Below, in pieces: positions 25,601-37,600 of a stretch of DNA of 64,000 nucleotides. The notes beneath the pieces were generated by a model. The model worked only from the letters and a program-made list of their open reading frames with translations. It had not been told where the DNA came from and ran no database searches. Position 1 is the first letter of the stretch. Each line of letters begins with the position of its first letter. This DNA comes from Octopus sinensis (taxonomy: Eukaryota), in assembly GCF_006345805.1 (NCBI RefSeq), contig NC_043010.1, positions 15,810,001 to 15,874,000 of the forward strand, in the 5' to 3' direction. The position numbers and the translations under genes were made by a program.

Positions 25601-28600
25601 GTTAATAACAATGTAAATAGTAATGCTGAGGAACTTTCTGCTGCCTCGACACTACTAACAACAACTTCTGTTGATGCACCTAACACAACTGATGAACTCA
25701 TAAAAGATAAATCACCTCCTAACTCTTTATCTCTTGCCATACACAAAGCTTCAAAAAACGAAACTAGCTGTAATTCTGAACATCAGGCCCCTTCTACTGT
25801 TTCACTTGAAAATTCTGTTAGTAATTTGACTGCTGATTCCCACAAAGCCTTATCTTCAACCCCTGATCCCCAGTTTATTTCACCTCCAAAATGTGCCACC
25901 GAAACTGCTTCTAGTGACCCTGTAGACTTAAATCAAATTGCAACTACAGATTCATTTCCACATTCCCAGCAAAATTCTGATTTTCCAGGTAATGATAGCA
26001 GTGCTTTTTTCTGTTTATATTTGTAAATCTCAATCTATCGTATTTATAATTTAGGATCTTTTCGGTTTGAACGGCAGTTTTTAACATAATTTCTAGGAAA
26101 TTAAAAAATTTTAAACTTCGTATACTGGTAGAATGTGTTTATAAAACATCTTTTTCTCTTGGCTTTATTGAGAAAATTCTATAGTTTGTAAGATATTTGT
26201 TGTTTTTTTCTTCAATTTCTGCAATTTGAACCAATCACTGACGTCCATTGAGGTAAACAACATTCTGTGTCGTATGAATATGTCCCTCGTTTAAAAAACA
26301 GATTGGGTTTATTTACATTTGTGAAGAAAAAAGATACCCCCCCTAACCCTAATCCTAACTCTAAAATAGATAGAAATGCAATAGATTGAATCTAGGGTCA
26401 TAATTATGGGTGACAATTTGATATGACACCGCTAGAAAAAACTGCCGTTCAAACCGAAAAGATCCATAATTTATATTATGTGTGTAACACCAAATGTATC
26501 TCTTTTTTTTCAGTGTAGATCTTAATGTCTCTACCAGTTTAGGTTACTGTTTGTACTATAACATCTCTATTTTTTAAAAAATTTTGCTGCAAGCTATGTA
26601 CTTCATCACAAGTTTACCATTATTACACATGCAAGCTATGCTAACAATTTAAAGAACATTTTGCAATGTTAGTGTGCATGTACGGCAGATTGTGAGCATC
26701 TTGAGAGAAAAGTCAGGCATAAGAGGCATCAGATGTGGTGTGCAAGAGAGACGACTGCACTGGTATGATCATGTGATGCGTATGGACGAGGACAGCTGTG
26801 TAAAGACATGCCAATCAGCCCTTCTTTACACAGCTGTGGAGGGAACCTGTGGAAGAGGTAAGCCCAGGAAAATATGAGATGAGGTGGTGAAGCTTGATCT
26901 TTGGACGTTGAGCCTCATGGAAGCAATAACTAGTGACCGAGACCTTTAGCATCATGCTGTGCTTGTGAAGACTTGTCAAGCCAAGTGAAATCACAGTTGT
27001 GGCCGGTGCCAGTGGCACATAAAAGACACCCATTCCAGTGACATGTTAAAAGCATCCATTATGCTCTTGGAGTGATTGGCATTAGGTAGGGCATCTAGCC
27101 ATAGACACCATGCCAAATGAGACTGGAACTAGGTGCAGCTTTCTGGTTTGCCTGTTCCAGTCAAACTGTCCAACCCATGCCAGCATGGAAGCAGACACTA
27201 AATGACGATGATGATATATAATATATAATATGCAAGGTGATATCAAAAAGTTTCTGAACTAGTTATGTAGCGCGCCAATAGATGGCAGCACATAGTTGCG
27301 TGTGCAGTGAGAGCTAGCAGTGACCTTCATGAGGCAGTGTGCCAAGTGAAATCGCTGTGTTTACTTCACAAGTTGTGAATTTTGTGTTTTTGTGGCCATG
27401 TGTATGCTGTAGTCTGTGATCTTGTCATGGACAGGAAATTGGAACAAAGTACCAACATGAAATTTTGCATTAAACTAAGAAAATTTGCTACAGAGACTTT
27501 GAACGTGCTTTGGCAAGCTTACAGCAATGAGCCAATGGGCCGTAATTTAATTTAATTTAATTTAATTTAATTTTTAATTTAATTTTTTGGGCTCAAAAAG
27601 CAAAAGCAAGGCCATGTAGGGGGACATGGAGTTATGTACAGGGAGGGTGTTCATACAAAGAGTTCAGGCCATTTCTGGTCAAGAGAGACTTTGAACTGAG
27701 CAGTCGTTGGCATCTTCACTATCTCGTCCGGCAGCTTATTCCACGGATCCGCAACCCGGATGGAGAAAGCCCCTCTGCAATGTTCTGAGTGGCACAGGGG
27801 CTTAAAAAGCAGAAGAACATCCCTGGAAGATGGTGAGCAATTTGGAAGACCTGCCATGAGCGTCACTCCTAGAAATGTGGATAAAATTCATCAGCTTTGT
27901 GCATGAGGATCGTCAGGGGACAATCAACAACGTTTTGAAACATTTGAGGGAGGACCTTCAACAAAAGTGACCGGATCTATGGAGTGAAAATTCTTTTCCA
28001 TAAATCGCTATATACTCTGAAGCCACAAAAGCGGTATTTGTAGAAAGGGCAGCGAGCTGCCAGAATCGTTAGCATGCCGGGCGAAATGCCTAGCAGTGTT
28101 TCGCCTGCCGCTACGTTCTGAGTTCAAATTCCGCCGAGGTTGACTTTGCCTTTCATCCTTTCGGGGTCGATAAATTAAGTACCAGTTACGCACTGGAGTC
28201 GATGTAATCGACTTAATACCTATGTCTGTCCTTGTTTGTCCCCTCTATGTTTAGCCCCTTGTGGGTAATAAAGAAATAAGTATTTGTAGAAAGTTTTGTT
28301 AAAAAGTATCCATTTTTCGAGGACATATACATCTGTAGTAATGCCCTTTTATTTATATGATTTTTCCATTTCATGTTTATTTCATTCATTGTTTGCAATG
28401 TTCTCCCCTTCTCTCTCATATACACTGCAAAGCTTACAGATGGGCTGCTGAATTGAAATCTCTGTGTTGTTTTTAGGGGAAGGTAAAACTTGACAAACTG
28501 CTTCTCCCTCTGTTGTTGGACTACCGTGATGTTTGTTTAAAAAAGAGAGATTATGACTGTAACAAAAATAATGAAAGCAATATTTACTAAGCAAGTGAGC

Positions 28601-31600
28601 ACAATTATACAAAGAGATAATTAGACGTAAAATATCATTAAAATTATTAGAATTGAGAAGCAAATGGGAAAATATTATCAAGGGGCTAGCAGAAAACCAC
28701 CCGGAGGGCAGTTTTTCTGCTAGTATATGTATGTATATATATATATATAAATGATAGATTTTTTTCAGTTTCCAATTGCCAAATGTACTCAGCATGCTTT
28801 GGTCAGCCTGGGGCTTCTAGTTGAAGACACTAGCCGAAGGTGTTGTGCTGTGGGTTTGAACCTGAAACCTCTTTGATTATTTACCTTCTTTTATTTGAAA
28901 AAGGGGTTTACCTTGAAATATTATTGAGATTATCAAACAACCAATGTAAGCTAATACAATATCTTTGTTTTCATTCACTGGTATTACTGTACTTGTTTTG
29001 ATTAACTCCTCACTAGCTCAAAGGTTTTACATACTTTTATCTCATTTTTACAAAATAAAGCAATACTTCAAGCAAATTTCAATACTCTTTTATATATTAA
29101 TGTATTTTGAAAAAATTTGTCATTTCAGTGCCAACACCAAGACTAAAACAGCAGTTGGACACAAAACCAGAGAACAACAATGACAATTTCCGGACGTCGC
29201 CAAGTGAAGAATTATGTGATTTTCAATTGCCATCATTAGAAGATCCAGTTTCAAGCAAATCCTGTGGGAAACGTCCAACAATTATTAGACCTGTTGAAAA
29301 GTCAGATCCAGTATGTTCTAGTGAAGAACCAATTGGATTGTCTTCTGGTAAACGAGAAAGTTTACCTAGACCTTCACGTCCTCCTCTTCCTGCAAACAGA
29401 AATACTCTGAAGAATTCTTCTTTAAGGAGACCTTTACCCAGACCACCACCACCTATACCAAAGGCAGAACCTGTTTCTACAAATGAATCCAGTTTTCCAG
29501 CACCTTTGCATGGCAGTAGTGATCTCTCGGCCAAACCACAGCCAGGGATGAAGAAACCTTCAAAGTCTTCTGAATCTGCAAAATCTCCAGGTACAAAGGG
29601 AAATGAGGGCTCTACAAAAGAGCCAGAGACAAAAGTAGATAGTGCAAGTCGTTTAAAAAACTTCTTTTCCAGAAAAGGCTCAACACCCTCACCTCCGGCA
29701 AGTGATAAAAAGCCTGTAGCTGCGAAGAATCGAAAAGCTGCTGAGATGCTCCAAACAACCAAAGATTACACTAAACGCATCTCTGAGACTTTGGGATTAA
29801 CAGGTAGAGCTAAGCCTATCACATTGTGTTTTGTACTCTATAATGTATCATATATACCATGTCATACTGATTTGTTCCATGTCATACTGATTTGTTCCAT
29901 GTCATACTGATTTGTTCCATGTCATACTTTGTCACAGCACAGCTAGGATCAATTCAGCAAGGGACACTTAGCAAGATGAACATTAGGTTTGCTCAACTGG
30001 CTAAGAAATAGCTGTCAAAATATCCTTCAAAATTCACCTTTTGTTTGTTCCTTCTCGAGCCATGCTTGGCTCATAAGAGCCGGTTTCCCGGTTTCTTGGC
30101 ATATAGGCTCCCCACCTGGAACGGGACGCCAGTCCGTTGCAGGTGAGCTGCAAGATGCAGGAGGAAAGAGTGAGAGAAAGTTGTGGTGAAAGAGTCAGCA
30201 GAAGTTCGCCATTACCTTCTGCTGGAGCCGCGTGGAGCTTAGGTGTTTTCGCTCATAAATATACACATCGCCCGGTCTGAGATTCGAACCCGCGATCCCT
30301 CGACCACGTGTCCGCTGCTCTAACCACTAGGCCATGTTCCTCCACATAAAATTCACCTTACCACCATATAAGTCTACTCAATCAGGGTCATCTGCAGACA
30401 ACATCATCATATCAGTACACCACAATATATCACATCATACTACATTCAATTAACATGCCGTGCTGCATTATTACACTTTAGAGTACATTAATCATCATCA
30501 TTTAAATATCCATTTTTCCATGCCTGTCATGGGTTGGACTAGTTTTCTCTAGCACAGTATCTCCACAGTTGTAGCATCCTTTCATTATATCCTTTGTGAT
30601 ACTTAGCCTCTTTTTCCACAAGTTCCTCCTATTTGCATTACTTGGCACTTCTTTCCCCAACTGTTATCCTCCACGCAGTGAAGTAACACAGCTTTTGGCT
30701 GCCCATTTTCTTAACCCATTCGTTACTATATTTCTGACCAAAATACACCCCTTATGTGTTTCAATTAATTTCTAACGTAATCATAAATTTAGTCTGGTTT
30801 CATTAAACAACTATAACTTTTTTATTTATCAATATATTAATCTGATTTTTGGAAGATAATTTAATGAAATATTCTCAACCAATTCTATACTATAATTTTT
30901 GTCACAAAGTGACTCTAATTGCAGGTAGATACAGGTAAATTCAACAAAATATAAAATTAAAATTTTGTTCAAACATCGCTATAGAAAATGGGTTATTAGC
31001 TAATATTCAATTGGGTATACAACAAAATTTTACGATAGAATTTGTTATTCTGGGTAACTTTCTGATATCCATAATAATATTTACGGCAAAATAGTCTTAA
31101 TTTCATTTAAGGTTATGGGAAACCACAAATGGGCTCATTCGAAAAGTAAAAAGAAATAGTCTAAGGCTTTACTCCTCTGGGAAAGTTTGTGGCTTGGTCC
31201 AGTTTCTTCAGAAAAATCACCGAAAGAAACAGTTTTTAAATTTTCACTCCATTCAGGTGCTAATTCGTTTTCTTTATCGCTGTCGGAGCTCTCGAATTCA
31301 CTGTTTTCACTTGCGGAAAATGAAACATCAGATTCATTATCAAATACCATGTGCTTTTTTTTTTTCAGTCATAGAGTTAGATTTATGAAGGTCTTCAGTA
31401 GAAAATCCTTCGAATTCTGACTTGCTGCTTGATATAATGAAATTCGTATCCATTTTTTGTCAGAATTACAAATTTTGAAAACACAATAGGAACAAATTTC
31501 GGAAAAAAATCTCTCAAAATTCACGGAATTAAAATTACACTTCGATTATTGTATAAAACTGTAGTTGAACTGTTTACGAAGTATAATACGTGTTTTCACG

Positions 31601-34600
31601 AATGTACTAAAGAGATTTGCTCTGATATTCTCATTTAAATATGAATAGGTAAATTCGGGCGGCTTTGGGCGGTTTGGTCACATTAACCAAAATTTTTTTC
31701 GGGCGGCTTTGGGCGGCTTTGGTAACGAAAGGGTTAAATGTGACATACCTACAATTACAGGTAACACATAAAGTAACTGCTCCATGCTGAGCAACAACCA
31801 CGCCCATTTCACTACATGTGCGCAATCTATCCATACCAATGGACTCTCCTCTTTTGCACACTTCACCCGATTCCTCCTATATCGGGTTTAACTTCCAGTT
31901 TATTTGTGATCCGTCTTTCATATGATCTAACATTACACAGCTGTTAGAACATGTTCACCTCATTTCTTTCCAGTGTTTGAACATCCTCCACATTTAGCCC
32001 TTTCGTTACCAACTTGGCTGAAACCGGCTCTGGCTCTGAGTACAAATGTCTTGTTTCCATAAGTTTTGAATTAAAATCTTCCACCAAATCTTAGTCACAA
32101 TTTATGTTCCTAACACTAGCTGAAAGATAACTAAGTTATTTTACTGAATTCTTTGTTATATTTAAAGTAATTGAAAGAAACACAGAGCATCTCAAAATAA
32201 ATACAGTAACAAAAGGGTTAAAATATATAATAGAGAAACAATTCTTAACTCTTTTGTTACCAACCTGGCTAAAACCAGCTCTGACTCTGTAGTACAAATG
32301 TCTTGTTTTCATAAGTTCTGAATTAAAATCTTCCACCAAATCTTAGTCACAATTTATGTTCCTAACACTAGCTGAATGATAACTAAGTTATTTTACTAAA
32401 TTCTTTGTTATATTTAAAGTAATTGAAAGAAACACAGAGCATCTCAAAATAAATACAGTAACAAAAGGGTTAATGCCCATGTTTTCACACCTTGCAAAAT
32501 CGTGCTTCATACATAAGCCCCTTACAATCCTTCCTTCTAATTACAATTTACTCCTCACTCACTCAGAGATAGATTCCCTTTGCTCCTTAGTAGAGTTAAT
32601 GGTTTCCTAAACTTTTTCCACCTTGTTTTTATTTGGTGTACTATGCTTTTGGAGTATCTACCTGCACTGTTAATTACCAATTTCACACCCCAGTCCCTCC
32701 TAAAACACTTTCCCTCAAACGTTTTGTATATTCGGAATCTACATGATATAACACATATTCGTAGAAAATTACATTAAAATATATTCATAATTTCTGAAAG
32801 TTATGATCATCCAAAGTTGGGTGGGGGCAGGAATCTGTAGTTATGCCCTATTTTGTACTCTTTCTTTTTTTTTTTTTAGCTGAGAAACCTTCAGCAGTCT
32901 GGTACACTGAACAACCGCCTGAATCAGAACAGCAAGTCAAACCACCCCAGAAGCCGCCCCATAAGCACCCCCAGAAGCCACCACCTAAGCCCCCCCATAA
33001 ATCTCAGTTAGGGCCAACAACTTGGTATGTGGATCCAGAAGAATCAACAAGATCTCAAAAGAAAAAGAAAGTTCCTGGAAGACCACCATGCAGTCCATTA
33101 GAAATGACAAAGGCAGATGACCAACAGCCATTACAGACAACTGATGAGATAGATGACAGCCCCCAACAGAAATCAGATAGAGACTCTTCAGGAAACAAAA
33201 ACAGTAGTAATGCCTTTGAAAAATATCACAACTCTTTTAAGACATCAATTGAAAACCTTTCTAAATCCTATGAAGGTTCTCAGACATCTCTCTTAGATCT
33301 TGACGATAAAGTTTACGTAGATGATAAGAAAATATTGCATCCAAAGTCAGATATTCAGAAGAGGCGTCCACCTGAGCCACCAAGACCAAAATCACTACCA
33401 AATTCAGATTTATCTAAACAACCTTTGCAAAAACATACCTGCCCAGCAGTGGCACCTCCTCCAAAACCCAAAGTTCCTCCTCAGAAACAAGAAATAATAC
33501 TAGACACACCACCATCACCCGTTCCAAAAACGTCAGAAATAGACTCCAAGAACACAAATGTAGCGTTAAAAGAAACTGGAGATTTGGAAGACACAAATGT
33601 TAAAAGTGAATCTTCTGGGGTACTTGATTCGATCAACCAATTTGAACATGCTCCAAATTCATTGATATCTCCTCCAAAATCACCTAAACCTGTGGACGAC
33701 ACGTCCAATATTTGTGATAATATAAAAACGACAGAAATGCAACCAAATCAAAGTGAAACTGCAGATGTTATAAACACGTCTCAGGAAAATCTTGTTTGTT
33801 CTGATGAGAATGAAAACTTAACAAACGTTATTCAAAACGAGACTTTTAATGAAATGGCTAACAACAATTTCTCTTCTTCAAAATCTAATTTGACGCAGGA
33901 AACAATTGAGTTGGTTGATGAAAATGCTAATGAAAATGCGGCTGACTCTACGACCTCAGGTGACTTAACTGAAGCAGAACTCAAAATTGAAAATTCCATT
34001 ACTAAACAATCTTTGCCTTACAACAAAATGTCCAATAGCCTTAATACTCGCAGTGTGAATCTGATAAAGGACTTAAAGAGTAGTTTTGAGAAATCTTCAT
34101 TGGAAGGTTCTACTGAAGACATAGAGGAAAGCTCAGTGACAGCAACAGCAGATGATTCAACTCGAGAAGGGGAGAGCTCAGTACAAGAAATGCTTGACCA
34201 TACAGATAATGTTGTGCAGAACTCGCTTGAGGTTGAGGATAGCTCTTCAGTTATTGCAGAGGGTTTGCATGAAAGAGCTGTGGAGAGTTTGTTTGATGTA
34301 AAACCAAATCAAGCAGTGGAAAGTTCCTCTGAAGTGGTTCAAGATACAAATAAAATGAATTCAGGGAAAGGTAAGAAAGAATATTGTGAGAATTTCTGTT
34401 AATTCTGAAGGCTTTGTTTGATATTGTTTGCAATGATTTATCTAAGAGTTTTGGTATATCCAGTTAGGTAAGTGTATACGTGAATATGTGTATGAAAATG
34501 GATAGATATTATAAATCCATTGAATTAACATTTAATATAATAAGTACTAGCATTAATTATTTTTATATTATCTGAGCAGTGAAGCACTAAACTCTAGATA

Positions 34601-37600
34601 GTATAAAGCTACCTGCCCAACTGTGCTTTCTTTAACATATGATGATTTTGAGAAGTCGTTCTCTCCCTCGATAGATCCAGAAATTAAGATCAAATTGAAA
34701 CCCAAACCACAGAGGCCACCTTCTTTACCTTCATCACTCTGCTGCACATCAGTAAAAGCCAGGTAAGAAAGCTGTCAACAGGTTGTTTGGTAAGTTAAGA
34801 AAACTAGAATGGATTGTATTATTATTAAGAGCGTTTTGCTTTTGTCTAAAATACATGAAAAGTATATTCTGTTGTGTCTGGGGAGAGTCATTCTCTTTTA
34901 GTGCTTTATTATTTAAAACACTCACTGGTAAAATTTCCACTTATTTCTTATTTTTATTTCCTAAAATTTTTGTTGCATCTTGCAACCTTTTCAATAGTTT
35001 TGACTCTCTAGAGAGTCAAAACTATTGAAAAGGTTGCAAGACGCAACAAAAATTTTAGGAAATTTTACCGGTGAGTGTGTTAAATAAAAACGCACTAAAA
35101 GAGAATGACTCTCCCCAGGCACAACAGAATATGCTTCAACACACGAACTCATATAAAGAATCTTGCAAACCAAATCCAAAAACGAAACATGAAAAGTAGT
35201 TGCTGCTACTACCGAATTCTAGTTAATATTATCTTGACTATTATGGTGATGAAATTTGTACAAGCAAGATCCTTGTAAATAGTCTACTTTCTGGGGTTTT
35301 TTTTCTCTCAGTTTCACTTCATTTGCATCACTAATGACACTCAAAGAGGCATAAATGTCATCTAATGAAGTTTTATCCATTTATTTTTCTCCTACTAGAT
35401 GTGAGTAGCCATAAGCATCCCTCTACAGGAACCTACTCTGTCCTATCCACCCCTTATAGTAATTCCTTGGTCCCTTAGCATGAAACTGACCCCCCTCCAC
35501 CTCCCCCAGGATTGGTAGTCTTGCAAACTGCATTGCAATCTCAATAGTGCAGGTGGCACAAACAAAGCACTCAATCCACATTGTAAAGTGGTTGGTGTTA
35601 AGAAGGGCATCCAACCATAAAAAAGAAAACCATGCCAAAGTAAACATTGGAGTTTGATGCAATCCTTGGATAATATCAGATCCTGTCAAATCGTCCAACC
35701 CATGCCTGCATGGAATATAGATGTTAGATAAGGATAAGGAGAAATATTGTTTCGACCCTGTGCTTGAGGAGATCTATTGAGTCAAGTACACCAACATCAA
35801 AAATCGATGGAAACTGTAGTTGTGATCCCTGGGCCGGTGGCATGTAAAAAGCCCCATCCAAACGTGACTGATGCCAGTACCGCCTTGACTGGCTTCCGTG
35901 CTGGTGGCACATAAAAAGCACCAATCTGATCGTGGCCATTGCCAGCCTCGCCTGGCACCTGTGCCGGTGGTACGTAAAAAGCACCCACTACACTCACGGA
36001 GTGGTTGGCATTAGGAAGGGCATCCAGCTTGTAGAAACACTGCGAGATCAGACTGGAGCCTGGTGCAGCCTTCTGGCTTCCCAGAACCCCGGTCGAACTG
36101 TCCAACCCATGCTAGCATGGAGAACGGACGTTAAACGATGATGATGATGATGATGATCAGTGAATCTGAAATATTGTGCTTGCTTATGTTGCCTGTAGTT
36201 ATAATACATAGAAACATGACCGAATAGTAAGGTTTGTACAAGCAACATTCGTGATGTTTAAGGCTCATCAATAGCAATGTGGTCAGGAGACAATCTACAC
36301 TGTTGAAGTAATGAAAGTTTGTATAGCTTATCATCATTATTTCAAATGACACTAAAGGTTTTAATTGGCTTTTCAGTCAGTAGTCACAATCAAATAAATA
36401 CCTATGACATACTGTGCAAATACTGGTTACATCATGTTCATTTAGTTGTCACTCTTGTCTTTGATAACCAGCTCTACTAATTAACAAAATAACCTATTTC
36501 TTGTAGCATTCCTTTCTTTTGAATGAAATGCTATGAGGAGATGTAGTGTTACATTTTGAGTAGTATTGATACAATATAACAAATCTTTTTTGCTTGTGGT
36601 ACAGGACTTAAATTCTATTTTGGATAAAATTTACATGGTAAGTAAGTACTATGGTATTTTATTGTCGATAAACATATGCCATAGTCTACACGCAAAGCTG
36701 TTGCTGTTGGCATTATCATTTCACCTGTCAATAAATCATCTTCTTGTTGAATATCTACCTTTGAGGACACATGAAGTGATTCCTTACTTGGAAACAAGCG
36801 AGGGTTAGCAGCAAGAAAGGCATCTAGCCATAAAATAAGGTCTCAATAAATATCTAACCCATGCTAGCATGGGAAAAACAGACAGACAAAGGCTTTCACT
36901 GATGTCTTACTCTCTATTTTATCTTTCACTATTAACATGTTTAGTGTCACATGTTTGTGTTCTGCTGCACCATAGCAAAATCAGATTATAATGGTACAGG
37001 GTTTGATATCTTTACTTTCATGCAACCACATCAATAATCAATGAACTTTGTTTTATTTTTGTTTGTTTATTCGTTGTTAACTTTCATTCCAGTTTGAAGC
37101 AAGACACTCAACTTCCAAATGTTGCCACAGGAGAAGTTTCTGCACAGACAGATAAAATGTCAGTTGTAGGTGCGTTAGCCATTTCAACTTTTACCTTCTT
37201 TGTATCATAATTAATGTACACCCTAAGTTCATCAGGAGTCACTGCCAATATGTTTGACTGGTACTTACTTTATCAATCCTTAAAGGATGAAAGGCAAAGT
37301 CAACCTCGGCAGAATTTGAACTCAGAACGTAACGAGATTATAGGTTATTAAAATAAAGAAGTAATGTATTAAATAGACTTGGAAGCATGATATTAAGATA
37401 TGCAAGCAACACTTTACCTGTTGTATGCAAGGCACCAATTTAATGTTTTCAGTAAGACTCATTTGTTCTTTATCTACAGGTAACATTTTAGTTGTTTCAG
37501 AAAGTGTCTAATACAGTGGTTCCCAAACTATGAGTTGCGACCCATCTGTGGGTCGCGAACGGAATCTTAGTGGGTCGCAAAAAGTTATAAAATTACACAT

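Noticed and set aside
25426-33708. Minus-strand ORFs 25426..25746, 29223..29762, 33414..33596, 33481..33708
   Set aside because: Antisense shadows of low-complexity coding exons.
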